A stretch of DNA of 64,000 nucleotides from a virus. The stretch spans positions 64,001 to 128,000 of IMG/VR virus record IMGVR_UViG_3300031414_000008. The stretch is one strand, 5' to 3'. A program made the position numbers and the translations under genes. Under the pieces are notes generated by a model, which saw only the letters and a program-made list of their open reading frames with translations, was not told where the DNA came from and searched no databases. Within the stretch, counting starts at the first letter, position 1. The number at the start of each line of letters is the position of its first letter. Of this stretch, positions 29,842 to 38,296 are shown one piece after another.

Positions 29842-29904
29842 TACACTGGGAGCGGCCTTCGGGTCGCTCCCTTCCGAAACATGAGTTTTACATTTGGAGT
29901 TTGT

Positions 29905-30690
29905 ATGAAGCAGATCGATTTCTACGGTGATAAATTGGATGTAGTGGACATGGAGGATGGTAAGCCTGGTGTCGCTATGCGTCGCCTTGTCGAAAATCTC
30001 GGACTGGACTGGAAAACACAGCACCGCAAGCTTGAAGACCCGATATATTCGTGTGGTCATATGACCACGCACGACAGTAGTGGCAGAGAGCAGGAAATGT
30101 TAGTGATGCCGGTTAAGTCCATCCCTGCATACCTCTTCTCTATCAATCCGAAAAAGGTTCGTGAAGATCTGCAAGAGAAGCTGGCCTTATATCGTTTGGA
30201 GTGTGTGGACGTTCTGTATAACTACTGGGCTAAAGGATATGCGGTCAACCCTCGTGTCTCTATCGAAGACAACATGATGAGCTTCTACCACACGTCAGGT
30301 GAGTTGGCGGCAGACTTTATGCAGAACATGCTGGATCATACTGCAGAGACGCCTGCTCAGAACGAAATCATCGGCCGCATCATCGGGCATATCCTGACGG
30401 AAGCTTTACGAGCAGAAGATCTCGACTTGCAGAAAAACATCCTGACTCGTGAAGGCAAGACTCGCTATCTGACTCGTACAGAGATGGCTGTAATCTCGGT
30501 TCTGGAGCTTGAGATCGGTGCATGGATCGGCCGAAACCGTAAGCTTCCTCAGAGTGAAATGGAAGTGATGGGGATGGTGAAGGATGTAAGTCTGTTGGCA
30601 GATAACTTAGTGTCAGATGCCCGCTTCATTCTGCGTAGCTACACTGAACGTTTTGATAAGCCACTGAGCTGTTTCTTGGCGAAAGTGTAA
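29905..30690 (+). CDS. P22 antirepressor N-terminal-like domain protein
   Basis: AMRRLVENLGLDWKTQHRKL...AYLFSINPKKV...YRLECVDVLYNYW. Confidence 0.85.
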   Translation: MKQIDFYGDKLDVVDMEDGKPGVAMRRLVENLGLDWKTQHRKLEDPIYSCGHMTTHDSSGREQEMLVMPVKSIPAYLFSINPKKVREDLQEKLALYRLECVDVLYNYWAKGYAVNPRVSIEDNMMSFYHTSGELAADFMQNMLDHTAETPAQNEIIGRIIGHILTEALRAEDLDLQKNILTREGKTRYLTRTEMAVISVLELEIGAWIGRNRKLPQSEMEVMGMVKDVSLLADNLVSDARFILRSYTERFDKPLSCFLAKV

Positions 30691-30693
30691 AAG

Positions 30694-30718
30694 AAAAGGG
30701 ACCCGAAGGTCCCTTTTT
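30694..30718. terminator. bidirectional intrinsic terminator
   Basis: AAAAGGGACC-CGAA-GGTCCCTTTT between convergent genes. Confidence 0.8.
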
Positions 30719-30732
30719 AGTAAGCATCGCGA

Positions 30733-31008
30733 TTAAGCGTTGACTGCAGACTTGAAGCCGCGGCCGCTACGGAAGTGCGGAGCCTTACGAGCTTCGATCA
30801 CCAGTGCGTCGCCGGTCTGCGGGTTGCGACCATTACGCTCTGCACGATCACGGCTGGAGAAGGTACCAAAACCGGTGATGCCAACAGTTTCACCTGCAGC
30901 AACCTGACCGACGATACCGTCGAACAGAGCGTTCGCTACCTGAGCAACGCGGGTTTTTGGCAGTTCCAGTTCTTCAGCTACTTTTGCAATCAGTTCGGAC
31001 TTATTCAT
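30733..31008 (-). CDS. hup: HU-like histone-like DNA-binding protein
   Basis: MNKSELIAKVA...GFGTF...RNPQTG HU signature. Confidence 0.95.
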   Translation of the reverse strand: MNKSELIAKVAEELELPKTRVAQVANALFDGIVGQVAAGETVGITGFGTFSSRDRAERNGRNPQTGDALVIEARKAPHFRSGRGFKSAVNA

Positions 31009-31560
31009 GAGTTGTCTCCTGTGTATGTTAACTCGATGCAGGGATCATATCGAAAGAAAAGGCTCAGTGCAAGCCCTTTTTGAAAAAAGTTTACGGGACG
31101 GCATAAATACGCCATTTTTTAGCCTCCGTTACACCAAAAGTTACAGAAAAACCCTTGTGTATCAAGGCTTTGAGGCGATTCAAACGTTGTAACTTTTGAA
31201 ACGTCACCCTAAGACATCTATAGGTAGAGTCCTACTATATATATTACGAATGTCTTTTTTAACAAATAAATAATATAGGGAGTCTATAGGGGCTATAGGG
31301 CTGTCTTGAGGTGGGTTTGAACGGTTACAACGTTTGAGCTCCTGACTCTTCGCAACCGGCCGCGGTAAACGTCCAAACGCTTGACGTACGGTGCCCGCAG
31401 TAGTACAGTATCCGGGAAGGAACGCATTCATGGGAGATTGGCTCCGACGCTCACTTCGTGTAAAATAAGGTAGTCAATCATGAATGTTGTTCTCCTTGTT
31501 AAAAACCCCTGCGGGGGTTCTTAGGCCCTCCGGGGCCTTAGTTTTTACTGGAGACTCAAC

Positions 31561-31935
31561 ATGTATCTACTGCTCGCCTTACTCTTCATCAAGCACTTCG
31601 CGTGTGACTACCCGCTTCAATCTCAATGGATGCTTCAGAAAGCTGCTAAGAAAGGCTGGGCCTTCCCGCTCACCGCCCACGCAGCCCTGCACGGTTGGTT
31701 CACCTATATGATCGTCCTCTTCATGACCGTCGCCGCCGATCCCGGGTTCGCTCTCCTCATGGGCTTGATCGATTTCGGTGCTCACTGGGCCATCGACTAC
31801 TGGAAAGCTCAACGAACATCCGCCGAGTTCGGATCCCGGAAGTTCTGGAACTACCTGGGGCTCGACCAGCTACTGCACAATTTGACTTACCTGGCAATCA
31901 TTTTCTGCTATTCCCTTTACATGGCGGGAATTTAA
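31561..31935 (+). CDS. DUF3307-like membrane protein
   Basis: HFACDYPLQ..WM..K, H..LH, HWAIDYWK, DQLLH. Confidence 0.75.
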   Translation: MYLLLALLFIKHFACDYPLQSQWMLQKAAKKGWAFPLTAHAALHGWFTYMIVLFMTVAADPGFALLMGLIDFGAHWAIDYWKAQRTSAEFGSRKFWNYLGLDQLLHNLTYLAIIFCYSLYMAGI

Positions 31936-31969
31936 GCATATACTTGTGGCAACAAGAGGAGAATCTTAC

Positions 31970-32653
31970 ATGTTGCCACAAACTTTTCACATCCCTGGAC
32001 GTCGCCACGCTTATGTTGACCTTAACGATGTATTCGAAATGTATGCTCTGACTGGCCGCTTCCGTGACTGGGTTCGCCGTGTGGTTCGCCCACTGCTGTC
32101 GACCGCGGTTATCGAGTACGCCAAAGAGGGTGCTGATCCACGTGAGAAGAACTACGCTATCGCTGAAGCGAACGCCGTAGCTCTGATCGCCACGCTGCCA
32201 GAAGATAAGCGTCAGGCTGCCCGCCGTGCTATCCCTGCAGCTCCAGTCGTAGCGTCCCCGGCGCCGGCGGCACCGACCCGTCGTGAATCTCGTAACCACA
32301 TCCGCATTCGCGTTCCGGTACACGGTATCTCTCACAACGCAATGTACGAAGCGACCTCGTTCGGTGCGAACCGCCCGCTGCGTCGTACCGCTGAGTACAA
32401 CGAATGGCGTGAAGTGTTTGAGTCCTTCATTCCAGGTCGCCCGCGTTGGCTCGACAAGCGTCGTCCGTGCCACGTTGACATCAAGTTCGGTCACACCAAG
32501 ACCTACGACACTGAGAACCTGATGAAGTCCGCCATCGACACCCTGTTCAAGGTGTGGCGTTCGAGCGACAACAGCGTTCGTTCTGGCTCCTTCACCGGTG
32601 AAGTGGTGAACGCTAAACGTGACGGTTTCATCGAGATCGACGTTTACCAATAA
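31970..32653 (+). CDS. protein with RusA-like resolvase C-terminal domain
   Basis: YDTENLMKSAIDTL..SDNSV resembles RusA DxDNxxKxxxD. Confidence 0.55.
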   Translation: MLPQTFHIPGRRHAYVDLNDVFEMYALTGRFRDWVRRVVRPLLSTAVIEYAKEGADPREKNYAIAEANAVALIATLPEDKRQAARRAIPAAPVVASPAPAAPTRRESRNHIRIRVPVHGISHNAMYEATSFGANRPLRRTAEYNEWREVFESFIPGRPRWLDKRRPCHVDIKFGHTKTYDTENLMKSAIDTLFKVWRSSDNSVRSGSFTGEVVNAKRDGFIEIDVYQ

Positions 32654-32733
32654 GCCGCTTCGCATGGTATAAGTATCTTGTAAACAAAAGGGATCACTTC
32701 GGTGGTCCCTTACCTATTTCTAAGGAGACTTAT

Positions 32734-33192
32734 ATGAAACTTGCAGAACGTATCGAAAACCTTATCCAGGGCGCTTACGAAAAAGGCCAGACCACCTTCA
32801 CCACTACCCTTCAGAACTTCGAAATGTTCGAACAGGATGAGATCGACGAGCTGATCACGGATCTCCGCACCCGCGGTTTCCATATCACTCACGATGATGT
32901 CTATAATGACATGAGTGTCACCCTACCTACCTTCACTTTCGCTGAACGTGCCCGCATGATTGCGTATAACACGGACGCCGTCACTAAGAAGTACATCGAG
33001 CGTATCTCGAAGGACGTCATCACGTCGTCGAAGCTGGGTTACGTCGAAGAGGAAGTGGAGTTCTACGATATCGCTGATGCTACCGTCGTGGATAAACTTC
33101 ATGAACACTTCGCTCGCGAAGGCTTCAACGTTACCCGTACGGATGATGCTAAGCGTAGCTACATCAAGCTCACTCTCCGCTGGAACAAATGA
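32734..33192 (+). CDS. two-domain GY/GF.V family protein
   Basis: LRTRGFHI and FAREGFNV repeats. Confidence 0.6.
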   Translation: MKLAERIENLIQGAYEKGQTTFTTTLQNFEMFEQDEIDELITDLRTRGFHITHDDVYNDMSVTLPTFTFAERARMIAYNTDAVTKKYIERISKDVITSSKLGYVEEEVEFYDIADATVVDKLHEHFAREGFNVTRTDDAKRSYIKLTLRWNK

Positions 33193-33560
33193 TGCACGAG
33201 TACGACCAGGAGCTGGACTGGCTCTATTTCCAATCGGCCTGCCTGCAGTTCAATCCCTATTCAGGACCGGGTCCGTGGGAGTGGGAGGTCTGCCATTGGT
33301 GGCCTTTCCTCTCTCCGTTCTCACAGTCCAGACTGGTAGCCTTAGCCCGTCTGGTCGGCATGGAACTCCACGTCTTCGGCCCAACTCTGGCCATCATCTA
33401 CAACCCTAAGAAGCCAAGCCGTTGGCAGATCATCAAGAGGATTTTCAATGACACCTTCAGAAGCCGCTCAAGCGAAAGCAGACGGGATCACAATGACGGC
33501 CCACAAGTGGATCGCGAAGATCGAACTGGACTGGGAACGTCAACTCGGGAGCGGTCGTGA
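33189..33560 (+). CDS. hypothetical protein
   Basis: 123 aa ORF. Confidence 0.5.
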   Translation: MMHEYDQELDWLYFQSACLQFNPYSGPGPWEWEVCHWWPFLSPFSQSRLVALARLVGMELHVFGPTLAIIYNPKKPSRWQIIKRIFNDTFRSRSSESRRDHNDGPQVDREDRTGLGTSTRERS

Positions 33561-33783
33561 TTTCCTTCGGGTCACCGGACTTGAAGATGAAGTTCAGGAA
33601 GTACAAGATATCGTGGTACGTCATTTCGTGAAGCTCGGGTACGGTTTCCAGATGGAGACCTACATGGGTGCGTGGGATGACTACGAAGGGTACTGTCTGC
33701 GGATCGCACCGTCGGCAGAAAAACATGAGCGTGGCATATTCGGCCGGCTCTTCATGCGCCTCTTCGGAGGCGAAGGCGCTTAG
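33448..33783 (+). CDS. GY/GF.V family protein
   Basis: FVKLGYGF. Confidence 0.55.
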   Translation: MTPSEAAQAKADGITMTAHKWIAKIELDWERQLGSGRDFLRVTGLEDEVQEVQDIVVRHFVKLGYGFQMETYMGAWDDYEGYCLRIAPSAEKHERGIFGRLFMRLFGGEGA

Positions 33784-33791
33784 GAGGAATC

Positions 33792-34004
33792 GTGGGCGTA
33801 TTAGATCAACTGAAGTTCGGTATTAAACACGCAAAAGAGCTAGGACATACTGAAGTGACCACTGATTTGATCCGCCAACTTCCCCCTGAACGGAAGGGAT
33901 CGGTCATCCGTGCACTTGAGGCTCTTGGCTTCACCGTGAAGTACAAGGGTCCGATGACCTTCAACTTTCCACACCACTTGATCAAACTGGGGAGACGCAA
34001 ATGA
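33792..34004 (+). CDS. GY/GF.V family protein
   Basis: LEALGFTV. Confidence 0.55.
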   Translation: MGVLDQLKFGIKHAKELGHTEVTTDLIRQLPPERKGSVIRALEALGFTVKYKGPMTFNFPHHLIKLGRRK

Positions 34005-34483
34005 TCACTTACGTAAAAGGGAACGCACTCACCCTGGCTGAGAAGGGTAACTACGTTGCCTTTCTTCATGGATGCAACTGTTTGAACCGCATGGGTCGCG
34101 GCATTGCGAAGGAAGTTCGGGACCGCTTCCCGTCACTGTATCTGGCGGACCAGGCCACTAAGCAGGGCGATCGTCGCAAACTCGGACTGTTCTCCTTCCA
34201 CGACTATCCGTGGGGCCGCGGCTATAACCTGTACACGCAGTACTCTCACTCAGACGAGAACGATATGGTCGATTGGCCATCGGTACAGCGTGGTTTGGAG
34301 CGAGTGTTCCAAGACATGAAGGCTCGTACGCTGACGACGCTCATCATGCCAAAGATCTGCTCGGGATTAGCTCGTGGCAAGCTTACCGAAAAGGAAGCAT
34401 GGGACCGAGTAGAGACCATCCTCTATAAGGAATGTCCGGACGGTATCGACGTCGTTGTCGTGGAGTATGATCCTCGTGCGTAA
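34001..34483 (+). CDS. macro domain (ADP-ribose-binding/hydrolase) protein
   Basis: KGNAL, HGCNC..MGRGIA..V..RFP, NLYTQY, PKICSGLA. Confidence 0.82.
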   Translation: MITYVKGNALTLAEKGNYVAFLHGCNCLNRMGRGIAKEVRDRFPSLYLADQATKQGDRRKLGLFSFHDYPWGRGYNLYTQYSHSDENDMVDWPSVQRGLERVFQDMKARTLTTLIMPKICSGLARGKLTEKEAWDRVETILYKECPDGIDVVVVEYDPRA

Positions 34484-34684
34484 ATCACCTCTCGCAATCG
34501 CCATCGGGATGTCCTTCTTCTCCGGCGTGCAGTTAGCGTCGTCCCGGGTCGGACCGATCTCTCCGTACCAGTCTGTCCTGAACAGGGAGATATACCATCG
34601 GATCATCGGTGGTAACTTCCGTCGTGGCCGTGACATGGGGAAGACGTTGAATTGGCCTAACAACTATCAAAATGGAAGAACGCT

Positions 34685-35098
34685 ATGATCGAGAGTCTCA
34701 AAGCCTTATTCAGGAAACAAGTGGAGCCATCCAAGGTCACCGTCAACGGGGTGAGCTACTCCGGCCGTAACGTCACGATCGATGGCGACAAGGTTATCGT
34801 GGATGGCAAAGTTGTTGAAGTGCCGGAAGGCCGGAAGATTGAAGTCACCATCGAAGGTGACCTGGAAAGGTTGCATCTGACAAACGGCGTCGTGTATGCC
34901 AAAGGTATGATTGGGGACATCGCGATGCAGAACGGGACGGTGAACGCCGAAGCTGACATCAAAGGTGAAGTCTCCATGGGCAACGGTAAGATCACCTGTC
35001 ATGATGTCTATGCTGACGTCAACCTGGATATGGGAAGTATTAAGGCATCAACGATTCACGGGAATGCCAGTACGAAGATGGGAAATATCTCGCGGTAA
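34685..35098 (+). CDS. hypothetical beta-repeat protein
   Basis: repeated G.V...G.I units. Confidence 0.6.
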   Translation: MIESLKALFRKQVEPSKVTVNGVSYSGRNVTIDGDKVIVDGKVVEVPEGRKIEVTIEGDLERLHLTNGVVYAKGMIGDIAMQNGTVNAEADIKGEVSMGNGKITCHDVYADVNLDMGSIKASTIHGNASTKMGNISR

Positions 35099-35101
35099 CG
35101 C

Positions 35102-35131
35102 TTGACGAGCCCTTCGGGGCTCTGATAGTAT
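35102..35131 (+). promoter_or_regulatory. sigma70-type promoter with a hairpin in the spacer
   Basis: TTGACG-18-TAGTAT. Confidence 0.55.
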
Positions 35132-35156
35132 CTAACCTCATCTTTTAGGAGACATC

Positions 35157-35489
35157 ATGAACAAGACGATTGCACTTAAAGAGTTCAACAAGCGGGCTTC
35201 GGTCGTGCTGAATGAGAAAGAGTTTGATCTGATCGAAGACATGATGGCTTTCGATAAAGAGAAGGTTCAGGGTGCGTTCATCGCACTGACAGGACGTGAA
35301 GTCACCGTGGCAGACATCGATCTGGCCATTCTGATCATCGAACTGTCGAAAGCCCTGACGCCGCCGGTGCTAACTATCCGTGATCCACAGTTAGGTGGAT
35401 CTCCTAGCCTGCCGTGGCCGAATCGCAGTCCGATTACGCCATACACGCAGCGCTGGGATGACGGCAAGGTCATCTGCGGAGCACATTAA
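35157..35489 (+). CDS. hypothetical protein
   Basis: 110 aa ORF, AGGAG RBS. Confidence 0.6.
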   Translation: MNKTIALKEFNKRASVVLNEKEFDLIEDMMAFDKEKVQGAFIALTGREVTVADIDLAILIIELSKALTPPVLTIRDPQLGGSPSLPWPNRSPITPYTQRWDDGKVICGAH

Positions 35490-35490
35490 T

Positions 35491-35567
35491 CGGTATGTAG
35501 CCCAGTCTGGTAGGGCGCCTGGTTTGGGACCAGGGGGTCGAGGGTTCAAATCCTTCCATACCGACCA
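35491..35567 (+). tRNA. tRNA-Pro(TGG)
   Basis: cloverleaf, CCTGG-TTTGGGA-CCAGG, CCA. Confidence 0.93.
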
Positions 35568-35568
35568 A

Positions 35569-35658
35569 GGGAGAGTGGCTGAGTGGTTTAAGGCAGCGGT
35601 CTTGAAAACCGTCGGCTCCGCAAAGGGTCCCTGGGTTCGAATCCCAGCTCTTCCGCCA
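35569..35658 (+). tRNA. tRNA-Ser(TGA)
   Basis: long variable arm, loop CTTGAAA, CCA. Confidence 0.93.
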
Positions 35659-35660
35659 TC

Positions 35661-35735
35661 GGGGATTTAGTTTAGTTGGTAAAACGTCTGCCTTGCACGC
35701 AGAAGTCCAGGGTTCAAATCCCTGTTTCTCCACCA
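35661..35735 (+). tRNA. tRNA-Ala(TGC)
   Basis: loop CTTGCAC, CCA. Confidence 0.92.
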
Positions 35736-35751
35736 ATTTAAGGGAGACATT

Positions 35752-36009
35752 ATGTCAAGAACGCGTCACCGCAGTAAGGGTAACGGAGGGATGGACGCTG
35801 GCGTCAAAGACGCTCAGAACCGTCACTCCAGAATGGATAAGCGAAAGCTTTCCGGGCTAACACTTGATGAATGTCTGTCATACGATACCTGGAACATAGA
35901 CGGCGATTACTACGACTTCGAGATTCTCGAAGAACCGCCAAAGCTCCTGGATCTGGGTAACGACAAGAAGTATAAGCGGCAAGCCAACGAAGGCTTCCAA
36001 TATTCATAA
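35752..36009 (+). CDS. hypothetical protein
   Basis: 85 aa ORF, GGGAG RBS. Confidence 0.55.
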   Translation: MSRTRHRSKGNGGMDAGVKDAQNRHSRMDKRKLSGLTLDECLSYDTWNIDGDYYDFEILEEPPKLLDLGNDKKYKRQANEGFQYS

Positions 36010-36050
36010 CTTCGATAGAGTCCTGGCTCTCTAAAACCGGGCGGATAAAC

Positions 36051-36521
36051 ATGATCCTTATCGCAGATGTGCAGTATGGTAACGTTAATTGGGCCGCAGG
36101 CATCCTCTACCAGAATTGGCAGAGTAAGACGCCTAGCGGCTCTTTTCGTTTTATAGCAGGTGATGTCGAAGAGTACGCGCCAGGTGAGTTCTATCGCCGT
36201 GAACTCCCAGCATTGCTAACTCTCGTTGAGAAGTACTCCCCGTCTATCGTAGTGGTTGATGGATACGTAGATCTTCCACAGGGACCTGGCCTCGGACGTC
36301 ACCTTCATAACGCGACCGGTCTGCCAGTCCTCGGGATTGCAAAAAAGAGATTTGAAGGAGTGCCTGATTCCTGGGGCGTTCTCCGGGGTAAGAGTGAAAA
36401 ACCACTCTGGGTCACTGCGATAGGGGTTGACAACCCACTGCAGATCGTGAGAGACTTACCTGGTAGACATCGCCGCCCAGACTGGGTCGTAGCGGTGGAT
36501 CAATTAGCTCGGGGGCTATAG
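36051..36521 (+). CDS. endonuclease V family protein
   Basis: DVQY, EYAPGEFYRRELP, VVVDGY, PGLGRHL, GIAK motifs. Confidence 0.85.
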   Translation: MILIADVQYGNVNWAAGILYQNWQSKTPSGSFRFIAGDVEEYAPGEFYRRELPALLTLVEKYSPSIVVVDGYVDLPQGPGLGRHLHNATGLPVLGIAKKRFEGVPDSWGVLRGKSEKPLWVTAIGVDNPLQIVRDLPGRHRRPDWVVAVDQLARGL

Positions 36522-36587
36522 TATTAGCGGTCAACATACCGGCCTGTCACGCCGGAGTCGCGGGTTCGAATCCCGCTAGCCTCGCCA
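36512..36587 (+). tRNA. tRNA-Asp(GTC)
   Basis: loop CTGTCAC, CCA; overlaps the endonuclease V stop codon. Confidence 0.93.
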
Positions 36588-36893
36588 TATTCTGGACCGA
36601 TAGTTTGTAGAGACTCTGATCAAGTCCATCTAAAACGCCCGGGGTCCAACCTGGGAAACGTGGCTGGGAACGCCACAGAGTCCGCCAAACAATGGGGGAA
36701 GTGCTGAAGGGCCTCTGCAGGGGGTTTAACCCGCTGAGATATCCCACTCTCGGCAGCACTGGGAGCCCCCGCCAAACAAAGTCCTGCACCTATCCCATCC
36801 GCACGAGGTTGGGAGGGTTCCCAAAGCAGGCATGAACGCGCCCCGTCGCCCTGTCCTACCGGAAGGGTTATTCTAGACGGGGCTTCTTTTTAT
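36588..36893 (+). ncRNA. candidate structured ncRNA(s), two tRNA-sized GCCA-ended units
   Basis: no ORF, many hairpins, CCGCCAAACAA twice. Confidence 0.45.
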
Positions 36894-36978
36894 GGAAGAG
36901 TGGCGGAGAGGTAACGCAGCACCCTGCTAAGGTGTGGTCCGCAAGGGCCCCTGGGTTCGAATCCCAGCTCTTCCGCCA
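36894..36978 (+). tRNA. tRNA-Ser(GCT)
   Basis: loop CTGCTAA, variable arm, CCA. Confidence 0.9.
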
Positions 36979-36990
36979 TAAGAGGTGACT

Positions 36991-37500
36991 ATGCTCGAAC
37001 ATCTCAAGTCCCGTTATTACGACCCCGAACGCTACCCCACTCAGTGGATCACCGAAGACCGTCTCACGGTTCCTCTGCACGATTTCGGCGGTGTGATGCG
37101 AGGCTTTCTGCAGTACACGCCGGCGGCACCCAAGAAGGGTCCGTACCCGCCTGATCTGAAGTATTTCCCACTCTGTCCGTATTCGCATCGCCAGTTTGTC
37201 TGGGGCCTGGAACTCCCAGTCCGCGGCCACACGGTCTTCCTCACCGAATCGATCTTCAAGGCGGCCGCCCTGCACTCCGTCGGCGCCAATGCCTGGTCGA
37301 TCAACGGTTCAGACATCCACTCGACGCTCCGTCACCAAATGGATCTCCTCCCGTACCGGTTCATCTGCTGCGGCGACCAGGACAAACCCGGCGTGAAGTT
37401 TGCCCGAAATTTCCGTTACGGTTACGTCGGACCAGACTTGGACGAGCAGACGCCCGAGCAGCTCAAGCGAATCGTGGATTATTACGGAGCCCTTGACTAA
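36991..37500 (+). CDS. TOPRIM-domain (primase-like) protein
   Basis: VFLTESIFKA and CGDQDKPG TOPRIM-like acidic motifs. Confidence 0.65.
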   Translation: MLEHLKSRYYDPERYPTQWITEDRLTVPLHDFGGVMRGFLQYTPAAPKKGPYPPDLKYFPLCPYSHRQFVWGLELPVRGHTVFLTESIFKAAALHSVGANAWSINGSDIHSTLRHQMDLLPYRFICCGDQDKPGVKFARNFRYGYVGPDLDEQTPEQLKRIVDYYGALD

Positions 37501-37522
37501 CCCTATTGGCCTGTGCCATACT
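37493..37522 (+). promoter_or_regulatory. sigma70-type promoter for tRNA cluster
   Basis: TTGACT-18-CATACT. Confidence 0.5.
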
Positions 37523-37531
37523 GCAGGCCTT

Positions 37532-37619
37532 GGGGAGTTAGACCGTAGTTGGTAGCGGGGCAGACTGTAAATCTGCTGCTCATAGAGCTCGGGTGGTTCG
37601 ACTCCATCACTCCCCACCA
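37532..37619 (+). tRNA. tRNA-Tyr(GTA)
   Basis: loop CTGTAAA, variable arm, CCA. Confidence 0.93.
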
Positions 37620-37620
37620 C

Positions 37621-37697
37621 GCAGCTGTAGCTCAGACGGTTAGAGCGCCGGTTTGAAAATCCGGAGGTCGATTGTTCAACTCAATCCGGCTGCACCA
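37621..37697 (+). tRNA. tRNA-Phe(GAA)
   Basis: loop TTGAAAA, CCA. Confidence 0.88.
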
Positions 37698-37703
37698 CTC
37701 AAT

Positions 37704-37779
37704 TGGGGTTTCGCCAAGTTGGTTAAGGCCCGGGGCTTTGATCCCCGTATCACAGGTTCGAATCCTGTAACCCCTGCCA
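37704..37779 (+). tRNA. tRNA-Gln(TTG)
   Basis: loop CTTTGAT, CCA. Confidence 0.92.
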
Positions 37780-37791
37780 CTGAGGTTCACT

Positions 37792-37974
37792 ATGGACTGG
37801 AATCAAGCTTCTTTTTTAGCTCTCTCATTAACTGGTTTAATCATCATGGCTTGGGGCTCTTTCGGCGTCTGGCTTCTCTGTGCTTTCATGAGCGTGACTC
37901 GTAAAATGATCCTCCTGCCGATCGGCATGGGTTCACTCGTCGTCTTCACCGCTATCAAGTTCTTCGGAGGCTGA
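37792..37974 (+). CDS. small membrane protein
   Basis: hydrophobic 60 aa ORF. Confidence 0.5.
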   Translation: MDWNQASFLALSLTGLIIMAWGSFGVWLLCAFMSVTRKMILLPIGMGSLVVFTAIKFFGG

Positions 37975-38172
37975 ATGTTCTTTGCGATACTCGGTTGGCT
38001 CATTCTCATGGTGCTGTCCATTGGTTTCATGATTGGCGGCCCCATAGCGGTCATCGTTGCGGTGGCGTTCTCCGGAGAACGACCGTGGCCTGCCATCATT
38101 CCATTCGGTCTCGGTGCGTTCTTCATCTACCTTCTGTGCACGCACGCCCCTTTCCATATCGTCTTCTCGTGA
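37975..38172 (+). CDS. small membrane protein
   Basis: hydrophobic 65 aa ORF. Confidence 0.5.
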   Translation: MFFAILGWLILMVLSIGFMIGGPIAVIVAVAFSGERPWPAIIPFGLGAFFIYLLCTHAPFHIVFS

Positions 38173-38193
38173 TGGTATAAGTAAGGTGTAGCA

Positions 38194-38264
38194 AGACAGA
38201 TAGTTATAGTTGGTGAAAACGCATCCATTTCGATGAGTCGGGGGTTCGAGTCCCCCTCTGTTTA
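38194..38264 (+). ncRNA. tRNA-like RNA with aberrant anticodon arm
   Basis: AGACAGA/TCTGTTT acceptor, GGGGG-TTCGAGT-CCCCC T arm, CATC-CATTTC-GATG arm, no CCA. Confidence 0.65.
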
Positions 38265-38296
38265 GACGGTAAAATCTCCTTATTAGGAGAGCCACT

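Noticed and set aside
35395-35736. ORF-track calls over tRNA genes (also 36547, 37309, 37653, 44912, 45228, 48612, 51437)
   Set aside because: They coincide with clear tRNA cloverleaves
36588-36893. tmRNA, RNase P RNA or CRISPR array
   Set aside because: No tRNA-Ala-like ends with a tag frame, no RNase P consensus, and only two 11 nt repeats; no CRISPR array seen anywhere in the window
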